Shown: positions 11,369 to 22,600 of the stretch, piece after piece | Numbering within the stretch: position 1 is the first letter of the stretch | How the letters are laid out: every line of letters starts with the position of its first letter | Assembly (NCBI GenBank): GCA_004431415.1 | Contig: QPMI01000597.1 | Coordinates: 34,131 to 98,130 of the forward strand | DNA: 64,000 nt | Reading direction: 5' to 3' | Source: Cyanophora paradoxa CCMP329 | Lineage: Eukaryota; Plantae; Glaucophyta | The notes under the pieces: model-generated | What the model was told of the DNA's origin: nothing | The model's database searches: none | Seen by the model: only the letters and a program-made list of their open reading frames with translations | Made by a program: the position numbers and the translations under genes

Positions 11369-13722
11369 ATGACGGGCGGCGGGAGCTCCGGCGGCCAGTC
11401 GACGTCCGGATTTCATTTCAAGGATCGCAACTTCGCCGACTTAGATCTTCCAAGGTGCCGGGCCCTGCGCCGTGTTTGCGCGAGCTTTATGTTCTAAGAG
11501 CGGCCGACGCGTGTGGCACCGCAATCGCCACTCGAGCACGCCGCACCCGTGGAACGCAAGCGCGTCTCAGCTCGCGTTGCACGTCCGCTTCTAGAGGACA
11601 CATTTGGCCGTTTCCTTAGCGCGATGTGCGGTGCCGCGCCCTCGCCGGGATCCGCCGAGACGGCCGGTCGACTCCGCGTCATCTCCGCCGCCGCCGCGCG
11701 GCGGTGGCGACGCGTACATGTCCTAGATTCTAGTTGTGGATCTGAACTCCAAACGAGCGCCGTCTGCGGCGCGCCTGCGACTGGCCAGTCACGCTGATGG
11801 CGCAAGCGCGGCCACCGCGCTGCGTTGACCGGGGAACACCAGCAATCGCATTCTATCCGCGATCTATCTCGAGATCTTCCTCCTCCGGGCTTAGCTAGGC
11901 CCCGAGTTTTCCCCGGTGCAAGATTCGGGGGTCCCTGACGCCCGACCCCCGCAGGTTCTTCGGATACGGCGCCCTCGCGTCCCTGGCGCTCGACGTGGTT
12001 CGCCCTCTGCCCCGCCCCGCGCCCCCTCCGCCAGTCGTGCCTCGCCGATCTGATCGCCCCCCGCCAGTTCACCTTCCCCCTCTCCCTCGTCAAGACAAGG
12101 CTGCAGACTCAGAGAAGCTTAGGTGAGGCGGACGGCGGCCCCGCGCGTCTCTGCCGCCCGCCGGCGCCGACCCTCTCGCAGACCCCCGGACGTCGACGCG
12201 GACAATCTACACAGGGACAGGGCACGCGTTCCGGACCATCCTCAAGCAGGCGCGCCGGCGGCGGGCCCCGGGGCCGTTGCGCGCCGGCTGAGCGGGGGCG
12301 ACGCGCTGCGCAGGAGGGGCTCCGCGGCTTCTACTGCGGCTTCTGGGCCGCCGCCCTCGGGTGCGCCCCCCGCCCCCCGGCCTCTTCCCCGCCCCCCGCC
12401 CCGCTCACGCCTCCCCAGGGGCTTTCCCACCGCGGTGAGGCGGGGAGGAGGGGCCGGGGCGGCGGGGCTGACGCGGGGCAGGCGGTGTACTTCTCGAGCT
12501 ACGAGGTGTCCAAGTACGTGGCGGACGGGAGCGCGGCGCTGGAGGGCGTGGCGCAGCCCGTCCGCCACCTCGCCTGCGGCGCCATCGCCGAGCTCGTCGC
12601 CGACGTCTTCTGGGTCCCCGTCGACAGCAGTCCGCCCCCCGCCACCCGCACCCCCGCCCCGCCCCTCAGAGGGGCCACCCCGCCTGAGCCGGCCCTCGCC
12701 CCGCAGTCTCGAAGCGGATGCAGACGCAGGGGCTCGAGAAGCGCTACACGGGGGCAGTGGGCGCGCCCGGGCCCTCCCCTGCCGCCGCTCGCGGGGCGGC
12801 TCACGCGGGGCCCCTCGGCAGACTGCTTCAGGAAAGTGGTCGCGCAGCACGGGCCCGTCGCCCTCTGGGCCGGCCTGGTGCGCCCCTCGCCCTCCTGCCC
12901 TCGCCCCCCGCCCCTCACGCCCTCCCGCACCGCACGCAGCCGGCGACGATCCTCACGAATGCGCGCCCGCCGGCCGGCCGCTCGCGCGCTGCCGCCGGGG
13001 CGCGCCTGACGGGGCGGGCGGGGGGGCAGGTGCCGTTCTCGGCGGTCTGGTGGGCGGCTTACGAGTACAGCAAGCGGAGCCTGCACGAGCTCGACGCCCG
13101 CTCCCAGTTCAGGGCGCGCTTCTTCGGGCCCCGCACGCCCCCGACCCGCCCCTTCGCGGCCCGCAACGGCGCCGCCCCCGCCCCGGAGGCCGCATCCGAC
13201 CAGGACCCTCTCTTCCACGTCCGCCCCGCCCTGCCCCGCCCAGCGGCTTCGCGCGCGCCGGGCCGCCCCGTCTGAGCCGCCGCCCCGCCTCAGGTCGCCT
13301 CGGGCGTCTTCGCCGGCACCGTCGGTGCCCCCGCCCCGCCGCTCCCCGCCCCGCGCAGTCCTCGCCGATCGATCGCCGCGCAGCCGCCGTGACGACCAAC
13401 CCGCTCGACGTCTGCAAGGTACACTGTACCCCCGCCTGCCATGCGTTCCCTGCGTGGAGCTCGCCGGGCGGGGGCCGACGGGGGCTGGGCGGGGCAGACG
13501 CGGCTGGTGTCGGGGCAGGGGCTCGGGGAGGGGGCGGGGGCGCGGCGGGCGGGCGCGCCCTCCTTCCAGGAGACGTTCGACCTGTTGCGGCGGATCGTGC
13601 GGGAAGAGGGCGCGCGGGCGCTGCTCAAGGGGATGGCCCCCCGCGTCATGTACACGGCGCCGGCCTCGGCCCTCACCTTCGGCTTCTACGAGCAGGTCAA
13701 GAAGTACTCCGCCAAGGACTAG
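11369..13722 (+). CDS. mitochondrial carrier family protein (SLC25A44-like)
   Basis: Three carrier repeats: FPLSLVKTRLQ, VPVDSISKRMQ and NPLDVCKTRL. Also N-terminal FADLDLPR|FFGYG across a ~500-bp first intron, VPFSAVWWAAYE, and EEGARALLKGMAPR. Confidence 0.92.
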
Positions 13723-14000
13723 CCGCCCCCGCGCCCCGGGCCCGGCAGCCCACGGGCCCGTCCACTTTCACCTCTTTTTTTCCTTTCCAGTGTCGCCCCC
13801 GCGGCCCATCGCGCGGGGCGTCTGTTTGACAGGATAGCACGGGGACAGGCAGGTAGGCAGGCAGGGGGCGGGTCTCAGTCTAGAGTGGAGGTAGCGCAGG
13901 TTGGATTCGTGGCTGTCGCTGCATGGCGACCTGCAGCAGATCTGGAGCGCGTGTAATGTGATCGTTATTCTGCATGTAATCAGTTATCGTACAGAGAAGA

Positions 14001-14198
14001 TCATCGGCTGCCTCTAGAGCCTCGGAGCGGGGAAGAGGGCGGGGAAGAGAGGGGCTCGCTGTTCGTTTCGACGGCGGCGCGGCAGGAGCTGCGGATGTGC
14101 TCCAGGAGGGCGGTCCGCTCGGGGGGCCGGTCGGCGAAGGAGACGGCGCGGGGGGCCCCCCCGGGGCCCGCGCCTGCGAGGCGCAGCTCCGAGACGGG
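14001..14198 (-). pseudogene. diverged duplicate of the 3' end of the adjacent aminotransferase gene
   Basis: PVSELRL...PRAVSFADRPPERTALLEHIRSSCRAAVETNSEPLS matches PISELRL..PRAVSFADRPPERTAALRHVRDAIFRGVEANSEPLS at ~14561-14720. Homology stops abruptly near 14198. Confidence 0.75.
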
Positions 14199-14560
14199 TG
14201 TCACAGTGTCGATATCGATGGCCACGTGCACCCAACGGGACCCGGATCTTCCGGTACACGTTTGCGGACTCCTAGGCCTAGGCCGGCGCTTGCCTTGCTA
14301 GGATCGATATCCGGCGAGAAAACCCGGGTTTTGGGAGGTCGGGGCATTTCATTTTGCAATTGGCCTAGCGTATAGCCTAGTAGGGTGGGCACCCGATCGC
14401 GAACACCCATAAGCTTAAGTGGGGGAAGGGGAAGGGGGTCCTTCCCCAATCATTCAGAAGCCTTTGCATCAAGCTCGGCCCTGAAACGTACAACGTTTGC
14501 CCAGCCTCGGGCCTCGGGCAGTTCTCGTGCAGAATTCAACATCCGCGGACATCGATGCCT

Positions 14561-16153
14561 CTAGAGCGCAGCCGATGGCGGGGGAGAGAGGGGCTCGCTG
14601 TTCGCCTCCACGCCGCGGAAGATGGCGTCGCGTACGTGCCGCAGGGCGGCGGTCCGCTCGGGGGGGCGGTCGGCGAAGGAGACGGCGCGGGGGCTCGGGA
14701 GGCGGAGCTCTGAAATGGGGAGGACGAAGCGCGAGGTAGAGGTGATGAAGCATGTGTCCCATGTCTCGGCCTCCTCCCAGCGCGGCGCCTCCAGCACCAC
14801 CTCGATGGCCGGCCGCGCCTCCCCGCAGATCCGCAGCACCATCTCCCGCATCTGGCCCCCTCCTCAGCCGCCCCCGCACGCGCCCTGCAGGCGACGCCGG
14901 CGGGCTGCGGGCCAGGCGCTGGCGCACGGTGCCCTGGAGGACGAGGTCGTCGCCGGCGGTGTACAGGGTTCCGTTTCGGAGGGCCGCGAAGTTGGAAGAC
15001 AGCCCCTGTTTGTGCGCTTGACCAGTGAGCTATTACGCACTCTTCAAAGGATTGCTGCTTCTAGGCAAACCTCGAGCAGGCGCCCGTCCGGCGTGGAGAG
15101 GAGCACCTCGTGCACCCCCGCCGGCTTCTGCTCCTCCAGCGCCTTCCGCTCCCGCACCCACGCGCTGTCCTTCGCGTTCGGGTTCTTCCTGCGGAAGGCG
15201 GGACGCGTCGGCCTAGGGTACACTGTGACAAGCGGCGCGCAGCCGGCTGCACCTCGGCATCCCGTGCACCTGCCCCAGGCGTGCCGCACGCGATCAGGAT
15301 CGGAACCGGGCGCGGTGGCGTCCCCAGGCCAGTGGAGGGGAGGGGGGGGGGGAAGAGGGAGGGGAGGGGGGGAGGAGGGGGGGGGGGGGGGCGGGGGGGC
15401 GGGGCGACCTGTGCGATGCAGGAGTCGGGGGCTTCGGGATGAGCTGCACGTGCGTGAGGAAGCGCATCGCCGTCGACTGCGCGCGGCCCCGCCCCGTGAG
15501 CATCGGAGCCGGCGGCCGGCGACGCGCAACGCCGCCGGCGCCCGCCCGGCCGCGCGCCGCGTCGGCGCTCGCGCGGGCGGCTCCCGTCCTGCACCTCGGC
15601 CTGCAGGTCCTCGCTCGTGGGGAAGACGAGGGTCGTCACCTTCAGCTCGTCCCCGGCCTCGCACGCGTGCCTCGCCTCGAACAGGCCGACCGCGTGCCGG
15701 ATCTGCCGACGCATCGGCGAGCGTTTGCGGCAGCACGAGCACGGGGCTAGCTGGGAGTTCGGCGCGTACGGTCTCGCGGAACGCTGTGCGCACACGCGCC
15801 TCGTCGCAATACGCTCGCAACCGCTCTGGCAGCGTCGGGAAGATCGACGCCACCGAGGTGGCGATGCGCGTGACCTGCAAGCGCCTGGCACGGTGCCGGA
15901 GACAGTGTGCGCGCCGGCGCAAGCGCACGTGGAAGGAGAAGTCGAAGAGCGCGGTGCGGGACCTTGCAGTGCGCGTGGTTAGACTCCAAATAAGGCCCCT
16001 CGTCTGTCTGCTGTACCTCGAAGTACGCGCCGTGGTGTACGCGCCGCGTGGGAAAGAGACGAGGAACGCGGCGGAGTCGCCGGCGAAGTCCAGCGCCCGG
16101 ACCGGAAGAGCTGCGCCGTACTCATCATACTCGGACACGGCCGCGGCCGACAT
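14561..16153 (-). CDS. class IV (D-amino acid aminotransferase-like) PLP-dependent enzyme family protein
   Basis: Motifs PRGAYTTART, RKNPNAKDSAWVRERKALE, EVLLSTPDGRLLE|GLSSNF, VLQGT|MREMVL and CFITSTSRFVLPI. Confidence 0.88.
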
Positions 16154-16253
16154 CCTCGCCCTGATGAAGGTGTACCCTCGCTTCAACTTGACTGTGAGTC
16201 TTGACACTTTGTCTTGACTGTGAGTCTTGATATTGAACTTGTCGCCGAAGCTA
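16154..16253. promoter_or_regulatory. 100-bp bidirectional promoter region containing an 18-bp direct repeat
   Basis: Divergent ATGs at 16153(-) and 16254(+); CTTGACTGTGAGTCTTGA at 16187-16204 and 16213-16230. Confidence 0.6.
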
Positions 16254-18274
16254 ATGGAGGTCCTCAATGACTTCGAAAAGGAGGCGATCGTCGAACTGAA
16301 TAGCTGTAGGAAGGTCCGCCAGCGCCAGCCGGGTGTCTCGACTCTAGACCCCGCGCAAAGTGCTTGATTTTGACAAGTTTCCCCCTCAGAATCCTAAAGA
16401 GTACGCGAAGCACTTACAGGTGAGAAGCGCACGCGGGGAGCTGAGCCTTATCCTTCCCGTCGCAACCTCGGCGTAAGCGCGGGTCGTCGAGCCTCAGCCG
16501 TAGCATCGGATCGTGTCTCTAGCTTCGAATGATCGGCTCCGCGCGCTAGAGACGCGTAGCTAGGCCGTAACCGCCTCGAGCTTGCCCCGAGTCTGACGGT
16601 CCGTCCTCTCTGACGGAGCGGCGGGAATGCGCAGGACCTTAAGAAGTGTTTCGACGGAAAAAAGTTCACGCAAGAAGGACGACTCCCTATCCTGACGCAC
16701 GAGGTGGGTTAGCTCGAGGTCTCCACGAGCGACGAGCACTGCGCCGCTCGCTCAATGAGGAGCACAGGGTGTGGCGGCGGTCGAAGACGCGATAACGGCG
16801 CTCGAGGCGGCGAAGCCTGCGCCGCCTCTCACGATCGTCAAGGCGAGCGCCGGCCACGGGCCCACAGCGCGGCCTCGCTGACGGCGTGCGCAGGGTCTCT
16901 GCTACGCGGCGAGGGACCACGCGAACGACATCGGGCCGCGGGGCGCGAACGAGCACACGGGGGAGGACGGGTCGTCGCCGTTCGACCGGATGGGGCGCTA
17001 CGGAAAGTTTAGCGGCGCGGCCGGCGAGACCATCGCCCTCGGCGAGAAGACCGGCCGCGCCTTCGTGCTCCAAATGCTCATCGACGGTCCGCCGCCCCGC
17101 CCCCCGCCCCCGGCCTGCGCGGCGCGGCGCGAGGCTCGCCGGCTCACTGGCAGCGCGCAGACGGCGTCGGCTCGCGGACGCACCGGAACAACTGCCTGAA
17201 CGCCGAATTCCACGCGGTGCGCTCCCCGAATGATGCGCCGTGGGGCGCCCGGCCGGCGGCGCCGATCGCAAGGCGCCGGGTCTAATCGAGCGCGGGGCAG
17301 GCCGGGGTGTGCGTCGGGCCCCACAAGGAGGCCATCACCGTGCGCTGATCTCGCCTGATCGCCGCTGTCCGCCCGCTGCGCCCTTGAGCTCGTCCCGTGC
17401 AGGTCATGGTGCTGGACTTTGCCGGCACCTTCGTCGACGCCGGTGCGCCCGGCCTACGCGCCCCCTTCCAAGTCCCCTCCGCCCCCTGACGCCCTCCAGT
17501 CGGCGTCTTCGCGAAGCGGCCGCCGCCCGAGCGCACGACGTACCAGGCGGTGTGCTCCCCGGCACCCTCCCTCGCCCGCTCCAGCAGCGCGTTGACGCCC
17601 GGGGCGCCGGCAGCCGCCGACGGACGAGATGGGGCGGGTGGTGATCGCCCCGGAGAAGCAGTGCGCGATCTGCCGGAAGGAGCTCTCCGGCAGCATCCTC
17701 ACCGCCGGCGACAAGAAGTACCACGCCGCCTGCTTCGTGTCCGCGCCGCCCCCGCCGCGCCCCTCCCCCCCCGCCCCAGCGCCCCCTCGGCGCCGCCTGA
17801 GCGCCGGCTCGCCGGGCGCAGGTGCCAGAAGTGCAACGCGCCGATCCGGGGCAACTTCCGCGAGGTCGGCCAGCCGCCCCGCCCCGCATGCCCCGACTGC
17901 TTCGCCGCCCACTTCGGTCCGCCCGCCCCCCCGTCCGCCGCCCCTTCGCTCCCCGGGCGACGCCGAGCGGGGCTCGGGGCGCATGCAGCGCCCAAGTGCG
18001 GGGGGTGCGAGAAGGGCGTCACGGAGGGCGCCGTCAAGGCCATGGGCAAGACCTTCCACAAGGCCTGCTTCAAGCGCGCCCCGGGCCCGAGCCTGCGCTA
18101 GCGTTTTTAACCTGCTTTGCGCCCGTGCACTAGGCCTCCTGCTGAGCCGGCGGGGCGGGGCGGCGCAGGTGCACGTTCTGCAAGAAGCTGCTGGACGGGC
18201 CCTTCGCTGTCCAGGACGACAAGCCCTACTGCTCCCCCTGCGCCAATAAGCACGCCAACGAGCCCAAGCAGTGA
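16254..18274 (+). CDS. CAP/SCP (PR-1-like) domain protein with two C-terminal LIM domains
   Basis: CAP motifs ELNSCRK|NPKEYAKHL, THE|GVAAVEDAI, AARDHANDIG, HTGEDGSSPFDRMGRYG and MLID|DGVGSRTHR. Then CAICRKEL..YHAACFVCQKC..CPDC and CGGCEKGV..FHKACFKCTFC..YCSPC. Confidence 0.9.
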
Positions 18275-18459
18275 GCGCAGCCGCGCCCCGGGGCCCCGCC
18301 GCCCCTCCCGGCCCCGCCTTGCAGTCGTCTTCATGTCTGCCTGTAAATGTACAGCGTCCCTAAAATCAAAGCTAAAACTCTGCCTGCGGCCTCCGCTTTC
18401 AAACTAAGCGCACCCCTCTCTGTCCCGCCCTGCCTGCTTGCGTGCCCCCGGGGCCTTGC

Positions 18460-19043
18460 CTACTTAGCCTTGTAGAACTTGCCGTCGTCGTCGCTGTCGA
18501 GCGCCTTCCACCTCGGGGCCGCCGGCTGGTTCTTGGACGCCTCGATGCTCTGAATGAGCGCCTCGTTTTTCACCCGCACCTGCGCGCATGCCCGGCGGCA
18601 ACGAGGGGTCGGCGGGCTCCGCGCTAGCGCCCCGGGCTCGGGCGCACCCGGTTCTGCACTTCCATGAGGCAGTCGCGGCCAACGAGCAGTAGGCGGTTAA
18701 TGATCTCAGGGTCGCGCTCTTCTCGCGCCTCTTCGAACTCTTTCCGCGCGTTCTGGATCAGCTTGACGCCCCTGCGCACGAGTCGGTCATCATTCGACGC
18801 TGTCGGCTGCTCGCAAGGCGCGCGCACCAAGGAACGCCGTCCTTGTCCGGCCACGTAAAGTGCCGCGCCGTCCGCACGATCTCCCTGCGCACCGCGTTCG
18901 CGGCGCAGCCTCCCGCAGCGGCGCATGGCGACAGCGGAGCGCCGCTCGCACCTGTATAGCCTGACCGCCTCTTTATTCGTTGTGGTCAGGCTAGGCACGC
19001 CCACGGCGCCTTTTACGCCCGCCTGCAAGCCGGAGAGCACCAT
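18460..19043 (-). CDS. LYR-motif (Complex1_LYR family) protein
   Basis: TTTNKEAVRLYR|EIVRTARHFTWPDKDGVPW|GVKLIQNARKEFEEAREERDPEIINRLLLVGRD. Confidence 0.9.
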
Positions 19044-19625
19044 GGAGCCAGCGGCCCAACCAGCGCGGGCGGACCGGCGCTGTGCCTCCAACCAGTTGCA
19101 AGGGAGCTCGATTTAAGCAGCTAGTTATAGCTAGAATGCCCGTGTTATCAATGCGCAGAGCTGTCAGGCAATTGACGTACCCAGACCGCCTCGCCAGCGG
19201 CACCGGCTTTTGTCGAACGGGGCTGCTTTGAGTGCGGGAAAACGGTAGTGACGAAGCTCACCGCCTCATACATCGATTCATAGATAGAAAAGGATGGTGC
19301 GGCGAAAGGAGCGCACCACCGGATCGTGGATCGTTGCTGATTGACTCGAGTGCGTGTTTCGGAGATTTTCCTGTTTGTGCTTCGATCCCGCCAGTTCCGC
19401 GACTGCACCAACGATGACCTGCACGACCTGACTTGCTGCATTGCGCAGGATGAGCTGAATTGAGTGAGTGAACGGAACTTCGCACTTCGGGACCATGAAT
19501 TCGGGGTTCGAAGCTCTCTTCATCGCGGTGCGCGCCCGTATCGCTTCTTCCTCTTGCACATGTCTCGTTTCTTGCTCTTCTTTCTTCTCTCTCTTTTCGC
19601 TGACATACCAGTCGCTTCTCCGCAG

Positions 19626-22600
19626 ATGGAACACGCTCCTGTAGTTCAGTCGGACACGCCAGGCTCAGGCAGCGCAGAGTCCAGCCACGGTGCAGATCCC
19701 AGCTTCGTTGCTGAAGCAAAGCCTGTCTCCGAAATCATAAAACAAGAAACGCAACCTGGATCAATTTCTTTTTCGGCCGCGGACGCTGCAGCGGGCGGGG
19801 TTTCGTCGCAATCATCGTCTCAGTCAGCGCTCGGACCTTCTTCTGCGTTCACCAGCACCCGCGCCGCGACAGCCGGCGCGCCCGAGTCCGGCCACTCGTC
19901 CACTCCCCAAGCAATCGCTCCGCTTCCTTCGGCGGGGGCCTCTTCAGCGGCCGCACCTTTCGCCGCCAGGCCAGGAGCGGTCTTCGTCGTGAACCCCGCC
20001 GCGCCGGCGCCGCGGGCCACGGCGGCGGGGGCTGTGTTCCGGCACGCTCCGCCTCCGCACAACCCCCATCCCCCCCCTCCGCCGCCCGCGGCTCATCCAC
20101 GACCGGCTGCCCCTTCCACGCCCTACTTGCATTCTGTCGACAACGCGGGTCCCAAGCTCGCATCGCCCAGCGGAGCTGTCTCCGTGCCTGCCCCACCACC
20201 GTTTGCTTCGTCCTTGCAGCCTGCGGCCCTCTCCCCCCCACCGTTTGCCTCTGCCCCCCAGCCCTCGCTCTCTGCTGTACCACCTCCCCGCCCAGCCGCT
20301 GCTCCTTCGGCTCCCGCGTTCTCCTCCGTCCCCGCCCCTCCCGAGTCCGAGTCCACCCCTCCTCGGACCTTGCCCCCGCCGACTCCTTCTGAACATGCCT
20401 CGATCCCTCCGCAAATTTCTCCTTCTTTGGCGGAGCCGCAGCGGCCTCTGTTCGCTTCAGCGCCGCAAGAGCCGTCGGTCGCCTCCACTGCTCTCGTCCT
20501 TCTCGCGCAGCCATCCGCGCCGCCGCTTTCCGTGGCAACCTCCAACTCCACTGGCGTGGGGGCGGCGGCCGCCGGTGCGACGGCGGCAGCGGCGGGGGAG
20601 ACGAGCGGAGAGCCGGCGTTGGAGGAAGCGAAGGCGGAGGAGGCGGAGGAGGCGGAGGAGGCGGCGGCGGGGGGAGACGCAGGGAAGGGTGGGGCTGGTA
20701 TGGCGGCGCGCTGCGCGGGCGACGGAGGCGGCGAGCGCGACGGGGGCGGGGACGGGGTGGAGGAGGGCGGCGAGGAGGAGGAGGAGGAGGAGGGCGGGGC
20801 GGGGCCCAGCGATGCCGCCCCCGACTCAGCCCCCGCCTCCCCTCCCGTGCCCTCGCCGGCGCCCGGCGCTCCGGCAGCGGCCGGCGTCGTAGCGACGGCG
20901 GCGGGCAAGGCGCACGGAAAGAAGGGCGGGAACAAGACCAAGCGCAGGGCCAAGTCCAAAGGCGGCTCCAAGGCCAAGGCGCCCGCCGCCGGCCCCCCGG
21001 CAGCCGCCCCCGCGCCGGCGCCGGACGGCGCGACGGGGGCGTCCGCGGCTCCGCCTGTAGCACCCCCAGCACCGCCCGGGACCCTCCGCGGAGCCGCCTG
21101 CACCCGGAGCGAGCCTGGCTCTGCCGGCGGGAGGCCCCATGCCGTCTCCGCCTTCGTTCTCCGAGCCGCCGGCGGAGCCCGAGCCCGAGCCAGGGCCAGC
21201 AGCGCCCGAGGGCCGTCGCCGGGCACCTCGGGCCCGCCACAGGAGGCGCCTGCTGCGGCGGCCCACGCCGCGCCGCCCCACGCCCTGCCCGAGCACCCGC
21301 GGCAGCCGCAGCCGATGCCTCCGCCGGCGCCGGCGGCCGGGGGCGAGCTGCGCCGCAACACGCCCCGACAAGTCCAGTGCGCCGGCGCGGCCCCGCTGCC
21401 GGGGCCGGGGCCTGATCCCGCGTGCAGGCACAGGTTCATCAAGGGCGGGCGGGAGGGCCCCGGGGGCCAGCCGCGGGAGCGCACTCTCTCCACGGGCTCG
21501 GAGGGCAGCGACGGCGGCCTGACCGCCGCCGCGCCCCCGCCGGCAGCGCCCTCCGGCCCCGCCCCGCCCCGCGTCGATCAAGTCCACGCCCCGACCCGCC
21601 CGCGTGCGTCCCCCCGCGCCCCCGCGCCTCGGCCGGCGCGTCACGGGCGGCGCAGGGCGGGGCGCGTCTCTCTCGCCCCAGGACGGCGGGCTGCTCCTCG
21701 CGCCGCCGGCCCCGGGGCCCCTTCCCCATCTCCCTCACCCCAACAGCGGCGCGCACCACACGCGGCGCGCCGCGGCGCGCGCGGCGGCGGCGGCCGGCGG
21801 CGGGGCGGCGGCCGCGCTGTCGACGCCGTCCTCCGCCGGGGCTCCCTCGCCGCCTCCCCGTCCTCGTCGCCCCGGCCGCCCGGCCGACGGGCCCGCGTCT
21901 CCCGCTTGCGCCCCCGCCCCGCCGCCTCCCCGGCGCCCCTTCCGGCGCGAGCGCGGCCCCCGCGCCACACACGCCCGCCCCGGACCGCAGCTTGAGCTTC
22001 TCCGCCCCGGCCCTGACCCCGGCCTCCTCCCCGCCCAACTCCTCCTCCGCACCGCCCGCCCCGACGCCCTCCCCGCGCCGGCCCTCTCGCTCATCTCCCA
22101 GCTCCCCGCCGCCACGCCCTCGCCGGCGCCCCGGGGCGGCGGACCTCGGGGACAAGGGCCGCCCTCGCGCGCCAGCCTCGGGTCGACGTCGGCGTCGACG
22201 CCGCGGGCCGGCCTGCCCCTGACGCCATCGGCGCCCCTCTCCTCGCCGGCGCCCGGCGCCGTGCCTCTGCCCTCCCTGCCCGCGCGCTCGGCGGCGGCCA
22301 GCACGCCGACGAGCGTGCCGCCGCGGCCGCCGGCGAGCGGGGAGCGACGGCGGCCGCGCGGGTCGGGCCCCGACGACGCCATCATCGTCCCCTCGTACGG
22401 TGCACCGCGCCGCGCGCCGCTGTTAGGGGCGTGGCAGCTGAGGCGGGGGGCGAGCAGGCGCCGGCCGCATCGAGGTGCTGAGGCACAGGGACATCTACGT
22501 GCCCCAGTGGCGCGTCATGTCCGGCGAGGAGCGCGCCTGGTACGACCCCGCGCGCCGCCCGGCCCTCGAGAGCGCTCGCGGAACCGAGGCCTCCGCCGCC

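Noticed and set aside
14199-14470. Solo LTR or hAT fragment (TGTCAC start, TAGGGTGGGCA)
   Set aside because: No matching opposite terminus or TSD was found.
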